A DNA stretch of 64,000 bases from Candidatus Marinacidobacterales bacterium (GTDB lineage: Bacteria; Acidobacteriota; Vicinamibacteria; Marinacidobacterales; SMYC01). Made by a program: the position numbers and the translations under genes. Location of the stretch: the NCBI GenBank assembly GCA_965237955.1, contig OZ250169.1:5216001-5280000 (forward strand). The letters are read 5' to 3'. Below the pieces are notes generated by a model. It did no database searches and was not told the DNA's origin. It saw only the letters and a program-made list of their open reading frames with translations. Positions 9,329 to 22,156 of the stretch are shown here, piece by piece. Position 1 is the stretch's first letter, and every line of letters starts with the position of its first letter.

Positions 9329-11677
9329 CTAATGTTCTTGGCCCAAGACTTGGAACCAGCGGGATAGTCTATTCCCGGTCTCGTCGACGACGGTGACGAC
9401 GTGTCTTCCCGGGGTCATGTCGAGGCCTTGCTGGTGGAACGTCTTGGTGCTGCCGAGATAGACGTCGTCGATGTGCCAGAACAACGTTGCGTCGGGGCGG
9501 CGGTGTACGGCTTCGAAGACGGTCTCGCCTCGTTTGCGAGCGAGGTCCGTCGGGATGTAGAGCTTCGTTCCGGCATTCGGATAGAGAAAAGCGATAGGAC
9601 CGCTCGCGCCTTCGATACCGGCGGCGAGGCGACAGTCTTCTCGGAACTTCGGGAGCGGCTGGTACTCCGCGTGGCGTTTTCGGTAGTAGAACTCGAGTCG
9701 CGCCGGCAGCACGAACCATGATCGATGGCTCATGCGTCCCGGTGCCTCGCACGCGCCATTCACGCGCGCTCGACCCGCTTCGTCGAGATGCACGCGGCGG
9801 TTGAACGCGCTGACTTTCTCGAAGTGACTGTTTTTCGGCACCCAGCGAAGCTCGCTCTCGCAGCCGCCGCCCGCGAGGTAACCGTCGTTCTTGCAGACCT
9901 CGACTTGCTTCATATGAAGGTAGGGTGTCCGGAACCATGGCTCCGGATCTAGATGGTTAATCAAATCGAAGAGGATCGGTGCGGCTGTTGCCGAGCCGGT
10001 CAATCCGGGCCGTCCTTCGCCGCTGGCGTTACCGACCCAAACCGCCACGGTACGACTCGGCGTGGTGCCAATGGCCCAGCCGTCTCTTAGTCCGTAGCTC
10101 GTCCCCGTCTTCCAGCCGACGATCCTCGAGCTTCGAAAGTGACGCCAGAATCTGCCGTCACCAGGCCGTTTGACCTCGACGAGCGCGTCGAGCGCTAGCC
10201 AGGCGGCACCGGGGCTGAGCTCGGCCATCCGTTCAGTTTCCGTGGTGTCGTCGGCAAGGATCTTCAGAGCCTGATACGGCCGTCGAGTCCCCGGACCCGT
10301 CTGGCGCGCAATGTCGGCGAGGTTCGAGTAGATGCCGGCCATGTCCCAAAGCGTCGTCTCGGCGCCGCCTAAGATCAGCGTGAGCCCATACTCGTTCGGA
10401 GTTCGGTTCAACGTCGTCATGCCGAAGTGCTTCATGAAGTCGTAGAAGCGGTCGATCCCGTGCAGGTGTAGCATGCGCACAGCGGGAACGTTGAGCGAGC
10501 GTGCGAGCGCGACGTTGGCGGGAACGACACCTCGATAGGCGTGATCGTAGTTCTCCGGCATGTAGCCGGCGTACTGCGTCGGGACGTCGGGCACGAGCGT
10601 CGTCGGTAAAACGTCGCCGGACTTGAGCATGGCAGCGAAAAGAAATGGTTTGAGAATACTTCCGGTGCTCCTCGGTCGCCGCACGATGTCGACGGCGTAG
10701 CCGCGCTCGTTGTCGACCGACCACTCGGCGTTACCGACGTAGGCGAGCACTGCGAAATCGACGTTGTTCACGATGAGAGCGGCGGCGTTGTGGATCCCCT
10801 GGAGCTTGAGTCGCTCGACATGCTCGCGCACGATGGCGCTGGCTGCTTTCTGTAACTCCGCGTCAATGGTCGTCTCGTATCGAGGACCGCCCGCATCGTC
10901 ACCGGCCGCACGCAAAGTCTCGAGCAAGTGCGGCGCGGAGCGGGGAAGCGGGTGCGGCTTGTCGGGAAGCGGCTCCTTCAGCGCGAGCTCGAGATCGAGA
11001 TCGGAGAACGCACCGTTTGCGAGGAGCTTGCGCAGCAAATCGTCGCGTTTCGTTTTGAGCTCGTCGCGCCGTCGTCCCGGATGGATCAACGCGGGAGCGT
11101 TGGGCAGCACCGCGAGCATCGAAGACTCCGCCCACGACAAGCGTTCGGGCGGGCGCCCGAAGTAACGCCACGATGCGGCCTCGAGCCCCACGACGTTGCC
11201 GCCGAAGGGCGCATGACTCGCGTAAAGCGCCAGGATTTCATCTTTGTCAGAACGGAGCTCGAGACGAATTGCGAGAAGAATCTCGATGAGCTTCTGTACA
11301 TACGTGCGCTCGGGATTCTTGCGCGCGAGACGTATCACTTGCATCGTCAACGTACTAGCCCCGCTTACGACTTCGCCGTTGACGACGTTGAGGTACAACG
11401 CACGGCCGAGCGCCCACGGGTCGACGCCGTGGTGCTCGCGGAACCGCTTGTCCTCGAACGCCATGATCGCCGTTTCGAACTTCTGCGGCACGCGTTCTAG
11501 CGGTGGAAACCGCCACTGTTCGTCATTCGCGATGCGGCCACCCAGTAGCGTTCCGTCCCGCGCCAGGAGCACCGACGCCACCGGGACGTCGAAGAGGGGG
11601 TCGGGCAACGAGTGCCGGAAGCCTAGCTCCACTGCGAGTGCGGAAGCCGCGAGTGCTGCGAGACGACGCCGGTTCAT
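9329..11677 (-). CDS. pbpC: Penicillin-binding protein 1C
   Basis: Transglycosylase EDKRF..H.GVD, GASTLTMQV; transpeptidase GSILKPF, SLN, KTGTS; PBP1C C-terminal domain; downstream of alpha-2-macroglobulin. Confidence 0.95.
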   Translation of the reverse strand: MNRRRLAALAASALAVELGFRHSLPDPLFDVPVASVLLARDGTLLGGRIANDEQWRFPPLERVPQKFETAIMAFEDKRFREHHGVDPWALGRALYLNVVNGEVVSGASTLTMQVIRLARKNPERTYVQKLIEILLAIRLELRSDKDEILALYASHAPFGGNVVGLEAASWRYFGRPPERLSWAESSMLAVLPNAPALIHPGRRRDELKTKRDDLLRKLLANGAFSDLDLELALKEPLPDKPHPLPRSAPHLLETLRAAGDDAGGPRYETTIDAELQKAASAIVREHVERLKLQGIHNAAALIVNNVDFAVLAYVGNAEWSVDNERGYAVDIVRRPRSTGSILKPFLFAAMLKSGDVLPTTLVPDVPTQYAGYMPENYDHAYRGVVPANVALARSLNVPAVRMLHLHGIDRFYDFMKHFGMTTLNRTPNEYGLTLILGGAETTLWDMAGIYSNLADIARQTGPGTRRPYQALKILADDTTETERMAELSPGAAWLALDALVEVKRPGDGRFWRHFRSSRIVGWKTGTSYGLRDGWAIGTTPSRTVAVWVGNASGEGRPGLTGSATAAPILFDLINHLDPEPWFRTPYLHMKQVEVCKNDGYLAGGGCESELRWVPKNSHFEKVSAFNRRVHLDEAGRARVNGACEAPGRMSHRSWFVLPARLEFYYRKRHAEYQPLPKFREDCRLAAGIEGASGPIAFLYPNAGTKLYIPTDLARKRGETVFEAVHRRPDATLFWHIDDVYLGSTKTFHQQGLDMTPGRHVVTVVDETGNRLSRWFQVLGQEH

Positions 11678-14600
11678 TGCTGGCTGTCCACTTCCACCCA
11701 ATGACCGGCGGTGCGACCGTTCTTGCTCGCGTCGTACATCGCTTCGACCGAGACGGTGGGCAGGTAGTAGCGGCCGGTGTAGGCCGCGTTGAGAAGTGTG
11801 GAGAAATGTTTCGTCTCCTGAGATTTGAGCGTGAAATAGCGGTAGACGCGATCGTCGCGGATGTCCTCGTATTCGAGCTCCGACGTGGTCTCGACTTCAC
11901 CTTCTTCGGTGTCGAGGCGCGTGTTCAGAATCTCCCAACCGGAAGGGAGAATCTGGCTGAGAGCGAGATCGGCGAGCGCCGCATCGCCCTCGTTGGTCAC
12001 GCTCATCTCGGCGACGAAGTCTTCGCCTTGCCGCAGGCGCCGGACATCAATGGAGTTACCATCGAGATCGCGGTAGCGCACCGAAACGCGCAGACCCTCC
12101 GCAGAAGCTTGCTCGATTCCCGGCTCGGGCGTTCCGACCAAAGTAATGTTGGCGTACAAAATGCGCCCCGATGCGTTCCGCAACGTGAACGGCGAGCCGC
12201 TATCCGGAACCGTGAGCGGGTAGCTCTCGACCGGCGCACTCATCGTGACGCGCTCCAACGACCTTCGACCCTCCGCGTACTCGAAAACTGGATTACCGAT
12301 ATCGGCCCCCTCGGCAAAGCTCGCGAGGGACATCAGTGCGTACGCGACCGATTGGGTGCCAGTCGATGTAGAAGACTTTGCCGCTGCAGTGGCCACCGGA
12401 CGTATCGCACGCGCGGAGCAAGTAGCGACCCCACGCGGGGTATTGGATTTGAAAATTCCACGTCCCTTTACCGTCTACCGTCGACACCGCGTCTTGGGTG
12501 ACGATACCCGTGTGGGACGCGGTCGAGTATTGAGCCAGCGATTCGCCCGATTTGTCCCACCACCACCGCCAGTCGATCTTGTAGAGCGCAACTTGAATCT
12601 TGTCGACTGATACCGGCTCTCCGGAGGCGTCCAGCGTGGCGAGCTCGACCGTATGGTCGACATCGGTCAGCAACATGTTGCGCCGGCTGTCTCCCTTGGG
12701 GAGCCTCACGCCCACGTAGTGGTTATAGGGCGAGAAGGGAAGGCTCGTCCGGCTCGTGCTGAACGCGCCGCCTTTTTCGAAAACGCGCGACGTAAAGCTG
12801 CACGTCGGCGTCGAGTCCCGCTGCGGTCGCCCCGGTCAACCACTGACCGAGAAGCTCGCCTTGTAACGGCACGTCCGAGCGATCGAGCCGGTCCTCACCG
12901 AAATCGAGCTCCACTTTGAGCCGGTTGGGCATGACCGTCTCGACCCGGAGTGTCTTCGAGAACGTCGTGCCGCCAATCTTCGCTTTCGCACTCCACAAGC
13001 CGGTCGGTGCGTCATCCGGGGTCTTCAGCGCGAATTTGTAGAAGCGTCCCACCGGCGATGTGTTCGTCTGCCTTTCGACGAGCTGACCTCTCGGGCTGAC
13101 GAGATCCAGCGTGACCGGGTGCTCGCGAGGGATGAGATTCTCTTCGTCTTCGAGGACGAACGTCAGAAAAATGTCGTCCCCGGGACGCCACACCCCGCGC
13201 TCGCCATAGATGAAGCCTTTGAAACCGCGGGTGACGTTTTCGCCGCCGACATCGAAGTGGCTGACGGGGAGCGCCGTGCCTTTCGAGAGTTTGAGATAAC
13301 CTTTTCCGCCTCTTTTTTCGGCGAGGAGGTAGAAAGGCGTCTCGCGGGTGTCGAGCTCGGCGAAGCCGTTGGCGTTGCTCCGGGCCCTCCCGATCTCCTG
13401 GTCCTGGAAGTTCATCACGGTGAGGTTCACGCCGCTCATCGGCTCCGACGTTCGCAGATCGGTGGCGACGATGAAGAGCTTGCCCGCGGGTTGGCGTTTG
13501 ACGAGAAGGCCGATATTCGAAGCGAGAAAGTTACGGTCGGCTTTCGCGCCCGGGGTGTATCGGTAGTACGCGTCCTTGCACGGATCGTGCTTGTCTTGCC
13601 ACGTGCTTCCGTCGTTGACCTGCCCGTAGTACTCCTCGTAGTAACCCCAATTGCTGTGCTCCTGGACGTAGAGGTCTTCGTGGTTGGCCGGGGTGATGTC
13701 GGGCGCGTTGGGTGCCGCGGCTCCTGGACATGCGGTGGTCGCGTCCGCTCGTGTGATCGATAGGCTGATACGAAAGAGTCCGCCCGGATGTTTGTCGAAC
13801 AGGTAGGTCGCATCGAGGGTGTATCGATTCCACTTGCCCGGCTCCGGAGGCGACAGTTGGATGGTCCGTCGCCACAGATAGCGACCGACCCGCTGCCGGG
13901 AACCATCGAGCTTGTTGTTTTGGAGGAATTGGCTGATGTTGTTGTCGAAAATCTTGAACGCGGTGACGCGAACCGCGTTGACACCGACCGCCTCGAACGG
14001 AATGGTCAAGACTGGATTCTCAGGAAGGATCACGCCTTTACCGGCAAAACGCACCTGCGGCTTCTGAGTTTGAAAGACGACGGCGCGCTCGAATCGCGCC
14101 ATCAGTCGGGAGCCGTTGTCGTTCTTGATGCCGGTCTCGAGGGCGAGATTGATGGTTCCTTCGAAGTTGGCTTCGGGATAGATCTTCAGGAGGTTGCCCT
14201 CGATCCGCGTTCGCGGCGTCGTGTCTCCCAGGCGCACAAGGCCGTTCAGGTTTTGCCGCGCGTCGAGCGTGTCCTAAAAGTAAACCTGTAGGTAAGGTTG
14301 TGACTCCCGCACCGATTGAACCCGCGTGACTTCGAAGACACCCATCGCCGGAATCTCGATGGTGCGCTCACCGCTTTCGTCGAGACCGAGAACGCTTGCA
14401 TCCCATCGGACGTTGAGCGTTGCCGGTTCTTCCTGGCGCACGAGCTCTCTGACTTCGAACTGGTGAGCCTTGCCGTCGCCGGAATGCCGCCACCGCACCG
14501 GAGGCACGGCGTCCAGGAACTCCGCGGAGAGCATCGACTCGATCACGTCGGCATCCTCGACGTCGGCGGTGCGCAAAACGCCGCCGAGCACCATGCCGTC

Positions 14601-15080
14601 TCCTCCCGCGATATCGGCGGTCAAGCCGTGGATCTCGACCTCGAACTGCTGCGCGATGACCTGAAAGTCGAACTGGTACTGGCGCAGCGTCTCCGGAATA
14701 CCGGCGAGTCGGCGACGTCTGAGGGTCACGCGATAGCGCTGCCCGCTCGCAAGGTCGTCATCGGGAACGAGAACGATGTCTCTGCGGCTTCCGAACGTCA
14801 GGCTGCCCTGAATCGCCGGCTCGATCGAAATGGCCGCGGAGGCGTCCTCGCCGACGCGGTCGTCGACCACCACGTCATCGGCGAAGCGCACGCGGATCGT
14901 CGTCTTCTTCGAAACAAGACCGCTGGTGTGCGAATCGATGACGTCGGCCCAGAGCGGGTCCTGGGTGGTTGGATCGACCGGTTCAGGTTGTTCCGGCTGG
15001 CTGGGACCGCAACCGCTCACGTAGACGAGCAGTGCGAGTAGTCCGATGAGTAGATTGAAGACTCGAAGACTCGAATGCAT
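11674..15080 (-). pseudogene. Bacterial alpha-2-macroglobulin (YfhM-like), disrupted
   Basis: Lipobox SGC; YGERGVWRPGD (MG2); C-terminal DIRDDRV...VEAMYD. In-frame TAG at 14274-14276 and discontinuities at ~12780 and ~12360; no CxEQ thioester seen. Confidence 0.85.
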
Positions 15081-15476
15081 AGGTACCCCCAATAGGCTGA
15101 CAAGACGTTGAGGCAGCGTTCATACGGAGCGACGGCCCGCGAACGACGCGCCGCGCGGCGTTAACCAGGGATGTCGACGATCTTGTGTATTTAGGTTAGC
15201 AAAGATCGCGCCAGGTTAGGCTGTCATCGAGATGACCTTGGAGCTTGGCGCGGGTGGCAATGCTGCTCCGAGAGTCATTTCTTTATTGAAAAGCAACCTA
15301 TGCAATAAGAAGTTCATGGCCGGGTAATTCTTACGCGACGTGGACGTTTCTTACTTACTCCAAAGGACTTGTTCCGTTTTCGCCATCGGCTCGCCACGTC
15401 GTCGTCACACTCCCGCCACAATACGGGTTGAATGTTGGCCCAAGACTCGGTAGCATCCGCCGCTACAGGAGGTCTC

Positions 15477-15980
15477 ATGAGAATTTTGTCGGTTCTTTGT
15501 GTGCTGGCGCTTTTGCTGGCACCGAGCTTTTCGCTTGCACATCCGCACTTCAACAAAACCGTTAGCGTGAAACTGCCGAGCGGCGCCGAGGCGACGATCG
15601 CGTACAACACGACGCCCGCCAACGTGGCTCACGCCGAGAGCGCGGCTGTTGGTACGTTCATCACGCCACGACGCCCGGCGCTGGAACTTTCCGCGGCCGC
15701 TTCCTCGGGCGGAACGGAGATCCCCGCCGGCAAGTACACCATCGGCGTCGTCAAAAACGGCGCGGACGACTGGACCATGGCACTCTACAAAGGCGGGCTC
15801 AACCGTGGCGACACCCCCGACATGGCGAACGTGATCAAGCTCGACTCGATGTACTCGTCGAGCATGGGTACTGCCGATCACATGCTCATCGACATCACAC
15901 CCGGCCACGGCAAGTTCGAGGGCAAGGCGGTTTTGACGCTGCACTTCGGCACCATGTTTTGCGCCGGAGCGCTGCCGTAG
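15477..15980 (+). CDS. DUF2911-like secreted protein
   Basis: Signal peptide; GGTEIPAGKYTI motif; C-terminal LTLHFG. Confidence 0.7.
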   Translation: MRILSVLCVLALLLAPSFSLAHPHFNKTVSVKLPSGAEATIAYNTTPANVAHAESAAVGTFITPRRPALELSAAASSGGTEIPAGKYTIGVVKNGADDWTMALYKGGLNRGDTPDMANVIKLDSMYSSSMGTADHMLIDITPGHGKFEGKAVLTLHFGTMFCAGALP

Positions 15981-15993
15981 GCAGGAAATTCGC

Positions 15994-16031
15994 GAGGTGA
16001 CCTCCTTTCGCGGAGGCCACCTCTATTTTTT
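15994..16031 (+). terminator. Intrinsic terminator between convergent genes
   Basis: GAGGTGACCTCC/GGAGGCCACCTC stem followed by TATTTTTT. Confidence 0.65.
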
Positions 16032-17543
<1,512 letters not shown>

Positions 17544-17584
17544 TTCATTGCTCCTTAAAGCTTTTTATAGTTGTCGATCAAGTC

Positions 17585-17613
17585 ATGTTACTTCCGCTCC
17601 AGGATGGCGTCAA
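17585..17613 (-). promoter_or_regulatory. Sigma70-like promoter for ahcY
   Basis: TTGACG-17 nt-TAACAT on the minus strand. Confidence 0.55.
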
Positions 17614-17624
17614 ACCCGTAAGCG

Positions 17625-18629
17625 TCACAAGTCGCGAGGCTTACGTCCGATCTTGCCGAGTAGCTGCGTCGCGCCGAAACCGAGCCCGATGAGAGCCAGC
17701 GACGTCGCTACTTGAGTGCCCGATGGCGAGAAACGCTCGGTGGGCCAGTCTTCGGGGTCGAACATTTCGCGATTCGAGGCCGTCACCTCGGTTCCCTTAA
17801 TAATGTTGCCGGGCTCCGGGGGGGCCGCCTGTTGGAACGGCCACAGCCCGACGACGGCACCCAGGAGAAGGCCGAGAAGAACCCCGAGCGTAGGCTGGCG
17901 ATAGCGCTCGAGTAGCCACCGCAGCAGATTGCTGACGCCAGCGACGCCCCCGACCACGCCGACGCCAACCGGGATACCTACCTTCATCGCGGTCCACGCG
18001 AGAGCGTAGTCCCGGGGTGAGCTTAGAAGTGCGTCCTTGAAGTCACTGACCGCGCTCAGGATGGGAACGTACTGTCCGAGAAGGAGCAGAAGGTAGCCGC
18101 CGCTCACTCCCGGAAGGATCATCGCACTCGCGCCTACCAGCCCTGCAACAAAGAGGAGACCGTACGCGGGCCCTGCTGCACTGCTCGACGCCGGTTGCCC
18201 GAGCGCCATGACTACCATGGCGACGAACCCGCCAGCCGCTCCGACCGCGAGGCCGGTGCTCATCGGCTTGGCGAGCCGCCACACGATTGGCACGCCGCCG
18301 AGCGTCAGCCCGATGAAGAGGCTATACATAATGAAGCGACGCGCGACGACGAGGTCTTTCACCGGACCCGCGAACACGAGTATTGCAATCGCGGCCATGC
18401 CGACGACGCTGGCCAGCAGGGCGAGGGAGCGAGGCTTGAACCGAAACGTCGTCACTTCGGCGATGGCGCCGATGAACTCGGGGTAGACACCGGTGGACAG
18501 CAGCATGGTTCCGCCACTGATGCCGGGTACCAGGTTGGCGAGCCCCATCAAGAGCCCGCCAAACGCCCCGCGAAGAGGGAGAAGAATCGGATTTTCTGTC
18601 GAAGATGGCGTTTCGTTGGCTGTAGACAC
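17625..18629 (-). CDS. DUF368 membrane protein (undecaprenyl-phosphate translocase family)
   Basis: MGLANLVPGISGGT and AMILPGVSGG repeated motifs; multiple TM segments. Confidence 0.9.
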   Translation of the reverse strand: MSTANETPSSTENPILLPLRGAFGGLLMGLANLVPGISGGTMLLSTGVYPEFIGAIAEVTTFRFKPRSLALLASVVGMAAIAILVFAGPVKDLVVARRFIMYSLFIGLTLGGVPIVWRLAKPMSTGLAVGAAGGFVAMVVMALGQPASSSAAGPAYGLLFVAGLVGASAMILPGVSGGYLLLLLGQYVPILSAVSDFKDALLSSPRDYALAWTAMKVGIPVGVGVVGGVAGVSNLLRWLLERYRQPTLGVLLGLLLGAVVGLWPFQQAAPPEPGNIIKGTEVTASNREMFDPEDWPTERFSPSGTQVATSLALIGLGFGATQLLGKIGRKPRDL

Positions 18630-18670
18630 AATCGCCGAGTATAGCTCAGCCACAGTGTAAAATAGTTCCA

Positions 18671-20746
18671 ATGAGCAACGAACAGAATCCGATACTCCAA
18701 GACGCGTCGTCGCTCCCACGCTTCGACGCGATCCAAACCGAGCACATCGAGCCAGGCGTAACCGCGCTCGTCGAGGAAGTCGAGACGATGCTCGACGAGC
18801 TCGAGGTCGAGGCTAAGCCCACGTGGGAAGGCGTCGTCGATCCAATCGAGCGCATGCACGACCGACTCGGCTTCGGTTGGGGAGTCGTCGAGCACTTGTT
18901 GAGCGTCAAAAACAGCGAGGCGCTCCGGGTCGCGTACGAAAAGGCCGAGCCCAAAGTTGTCAAGCTATCGATGCGCATCGGACAGAGTCCGGCGATCTAC
19001 CGTGCGCTCGTCGAGCTCCGTGATAGTCCCGCAGCCGCAAGCCTCGATGCCGCGCAGCACCGCATCCTAGAGAAACTCATCGAGGCGGCAGATTTGGCCG
19101 GTGTCGGTCTCGAAGGCGAAAAGCAGGAACGATTCCGAGAAATCAAGCTCGAGCTCGCTGAGCTAGCGACGCGGTTCGGGAATCAGCTTCTCGATTCTAC
19201 GAAAGCGTTTGCGCTCGAGCTGACGAAACCCGTAGAGGTCGAGGGGCTTCCCAAGAGCGCTCTCGAAATGTCCGCACAAGCCGCGAAACAAGCGGGGGAA
19301 GAGAGTGCGACCGCAGAGTCGGGGCCGTGGCGGATCAACCTCGACGGGCCGAGCTTCATGGGGTTCATGAAGCACAGCACGCGTCGTGACCTGAGGGAAA
19401 AACTCTACCGTGCCTACGTGGGCCGAGCGAGCGAAGGAGAGTTCGACAACCGACCGCTCATCGATTCGATACTTCGCTTGCGGCGCGAGGAAGCGAACCT
19501 CCTCGGGTTCGACACCTACGCGAAGCTCTCGCTCTCGCGCAAGATGGCGGGCTCGGTGACGCGAGCGGAGAAACTCCTCGAAGAGCTTCGCGCGGCCTCG
19601 TTCGACGCTGCGCGGGACGAGCTCGAAGAGCTGCGCACGCTCATGGGGAAGGATGACATCCAGCACTGGGACACAGCGTTTTGGAGTGAGAGGCTTCGCG
19701 AAGCGCGGTTCGACTACAGCGAAGAGGAGCTACGCCCCTACTTTCCGATGCCACGCGTGCTCGAGGGTCTGTTCGATCTCGCCAAGCAGCTCTTCGACAT
19801 CGAGGTCGTGGCCGCGGATGGTGACGTCGCTGTGTGGCACGACGACGTGCTCTTTTTTCACGTGCGCTCGCAGGACGGGGAGCACCTCGCGTCGTTTTAC
19901 ATGGATCCGTTCAGCCGCCCTTCGGAAAAGCGCGGCGGCGCGTGGATGAACGAAGTCGTCGGGCGCAGCGCGTTGTTCCCGCAGGCCTCCGGTCGCGCGC
20001 GTATTCCGGTTGCGTATCTGATCTGCAACGGCTCGCCACCTGTCGACGGGAAGCCGTCACTCATGACGTTTCGCGAGATCGAAACGCTCTTCCACGAGTT
20101 CGGTCACACGCTCCAGCACATGCTCACCCGCGTGGACTACGGGCTCGCCGCTGGCATCCGCAACGTGGAGTGGGATGCCGTCGAGCTTCCCAGTCAGTTC
20201 ATGGAGAACTGGTGCTACCATCGGGATACTCTGATGGGTCTGTCGCAACACGTCGACACGCAAGAGAAGCTCCCCGACGCGCTCTTCGGAAAAATCGTCG
20301 CGGCGCGGACGTTTCGAGCCGCTAGTCTCATGTTGTCTCAATTGAACTTCAGTGTGCTCGACCTGGAGCTCCACCACCGGTTCGAGCCGGGCGGCTCCGA
20401 GACGCCCGGCGATGTTCAAAGACGGGTTGCGGAAACGACGACGGTGTTGCCGCCCATTGCGGAAGATCACTTCCTGTGCGGCTTCGCACATATTTTTCAA
20501 GGCGACTACGCGGCTGGGTACTACTCCTACAAATGGGCCGAAGTTCTGTCGGCGGACGCGTTCGCGGCGTTCGAAGAGGCGGGGCTCGATCAACCCGCGT
20601 CGCTCGAAGCGACCGGACGCCGGTTTCGCGATACGGTGTTGTCTCTCGGCGGCAGTGCGCCACCGATGGAAGTCTTCAAGCAGTTCCGCGGTCGCGAACC
20701 CTCGACCGAGGCACTCTTGCGCCATTCTGGACTGGTTGCGGCATGA
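18671..20746 (+). CDS. prlC: Oligopeptidase A (M3A)
   Basis: KRGGAWM, FHEFGH zinc motif, WDAVELPSQFMENW, YAAGYYSYKWAEVLSADAF. Confidence 0.95.
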   Translation: MSNEQNPILQDASSLPRFDAIQTEHIEPGVTALVEEVETMLDELEVEAKPTWEGVVDPIERMHDRLGFGWGVVEHLLSVKNSEALRVAYEKAEPKVVKLSMRIGQSPAIYRALVELRDSPAAASLDAAQHRILEKLIEAADLAGVGLEGEKQERFREIKLELAELATRFGNQLLDSTKAFALELTKPVEVEGLPKSALEMSAQAAKQAGEESATAESGPWRINLDGPSFMGFMKHSTRRDLREKLYRAYVGRASEGEFDNRPLIDSILRLRREEANLLGFDTYAKLSLSRKMAGSVTRAEKLLEELRAASFDAARDELEELRTLMGKDDIQHWDTAFWSERLREARFDYSEEELRPYFPMPRVLEGLFDLAKQLFDIEVVAADGDVAVWHDDVLFFHVRSQDGEHLASFYMDPFSRPSEKRGGAWMNEVVGRSALFPQASGRARIPVAYLICNGSPPVDGKPSLMTFREIETLFHEFGHTLQHMLTRVDYGLAAGIRNVEWDAVELPSQFMENWCYHRDTLMGLSQHVDTQEKLPDALFGKIVAARTFRAASLMLSQLNFSVLDLELHHRFEPGGSETPGDVQRRVAETTTVLPPIAEDHFLCGFAHIFQGDYAAGYYSYKWAEVLSADAFAAFEEAGLDQPASLEATGRRFRDTVLSLGGSAPPMEVFKQFRGREPSTEALLRHSGLVAA

Positions 20747-21135
20747 GCATGCGCTGCTTCTGGATTTTGCTAGTTGGCGTCTTCGTCGCGTGCTCCGATT
20801 CCACCGAGGAAAGCGAATCCGATTCTGTCGCTCCCGCGACGCCAGAGCTTCGGAGATCGACTTTCGAAATGTCGGCGCGCGTTCTCGGACCCGTACAAAA
20901 CGACGATGACGCCGATTTGCACATCGCGTTGCGGGAAACGAACGGCGTCGCCGCGCATCTGAACTCTCTGGTACTGCGGTGGACGAACGGAGTCGAGCGG
21001 CAGTGGGGTGCCGGGAATATCGCCGCCGATCGCGGATCGAACCGGATCGAAGGCAACACCGAGCTCGTGGATGCCACCGGATTCCAGCACCACGTGGTCG
21101 CCGCCCCGTTCCACCTCGACTGGTCCGGCGTGTGA
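20743..21135 (+). CDS. Hypothetical lipoprotein
   Basis: ATGA overlap with the prlC stop; LLVGVFVAC lipobox. Confidence 0.55.
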   Translation: MSMRCFWILLVGVFVACSDSTEESESDSVAPATPELRRSTFEMSARVLGPVQNDDDADLHIALRETNGVAAHLNSLVLRWTNGVERQWGAGNIAADRGSNRIEGNTELVDATGFQHHVVAAPFHLDWSGV

Positions 21136-21148
21136 CGTGTGAGCCCCG

Positions 21149-22132
21149 ATGGGTGAAGACCTCGTCCGTCGCGCCATCGAGCACCGGCGAGACCTTCTTG
21201 AACAACTGAGCGGCGAGGGCACGGATTGCTACCGCCTCTTCCACGGGGTCGCGGAGGGGCGGCCGGGCCTGACCATCGATCGCTACGGTCCAATCCTGTT
21301 ACTTCAAACCTGGCGTGAGCCTCTCACGCCGGCAGAGATCGACGACTACCACCGAGTCGTCGAGGATGCGTGTGGTTGGTCCCTGACACCGGCATGGAAC
21401 CACCGCGCCGACAAGTCGAGCGACGTGATCGCGGAGGCCGAAGCGCCGGTCGGCCGTGAGCTCGGAGTTCGCTACGACGTCAGCCCGCGCCACCGAGGTC
21501 AAGACCCATTACTTTTTCTCGACCTGCGCGCCGGCCGTCGTCTCATCCTCGAGCGCGTTCGAGGCAAGAGCGTCCTCAATCTCTTCGCGTACACGGGTGG
21601 CGTCAGCCTGTGCGCGGCGATGGGCGGTGCGTCAGAAATCTGGAACGTCGACTTCGCCCGCTCAGCGAGCGATTGGGTGCGGCGGAACCTCCTGCTCAAC
21701 GCGATAGCCGAAGACCGTGTCCGTCTCATCCAAGACGATGTGATCCCTGTCATCCGACAACTCGCCGGCCTTCCGATGAAAGGACGCGGTGCTCGACGGC
21801 GGGACTACGAACGGTTCGAACCGCGTCAGTTCGACGTGGTCGTGCTCGACCCGCCGCGCTGGGCCAAAGGGGGATTCGGCGCCATCGACATCGTGCGCGA
21901 CTACCCGAGCCTGCTAAAACCGGCCCTTCTCGCAACCGCGCCCGGCGGGGCCCTTCTCGCGACCAACAACACCGCTCGCGTCGATCGCGGCGAGTGGCTC
22001 CGAGTGTTGCAGCGCACGGCCGAGAAATGTGGGCGAGCGCTCTCGAGCGTCGAGGTGGTCGAGCCCGAGGCGGACTTTCCCGCGATCGATGATGCGTCCC
22101 CCTTGAAGATGGCGTGGCTTCGGATCAATTGA
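21149..22132 (+). CDS. Class I SAM-dependent methyltransferase, RlmI/RlmK-like
   Basis: YRLFHG..EG.PGLTIDRYG, VLNLFAYTG, FDVVVLDPP. Confidence 0.9.
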   Translation: MGEDLVRRAIEHRRDLLEQLSGEGTDCYRLFHGVAEGRPGLTIDRYGPILLLQTWREPLTPAEIDDYHRVVEDACGWSLTPAWNHRADKSSDVIAEAEAPVGRELGVRYDVSPRHRGQDPLLFLDLRAGRRLILERVRGKSVLNLFAYTGGVSLCAAMGGASEIWNVDFARSASDWVRRNLLLNAIAEDRVRLIQDDVIPVIRQLAGLPMKGRGARRRDYERFEPRQFDVVVLDPPRWAKGGFGAIDIVRDYPSLLKPALLATAPGGALLATNNTARVDRGEWLRVLQRTAEKCGRALSSVEVVEPEADFPAIDDASPLKMAWLRIN

Positions 22133-22156
22133 CGCCTTCGGGGTACGTATCACGCA

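Noticed and set aside
15283-15308. TTATTG-N14-CAATAA palindrome in the divergent intergenic region
   Set aside because: A single short palindrome in AT-rich DNA with no assignable regulator; not distinguishable from chance.
17545-17625. SAH riboswitch upstream of ahcY
   Set aside because: The leader is ~35 nt after the predicted promoter and has no GAGGAGCG...AGGCUC core.
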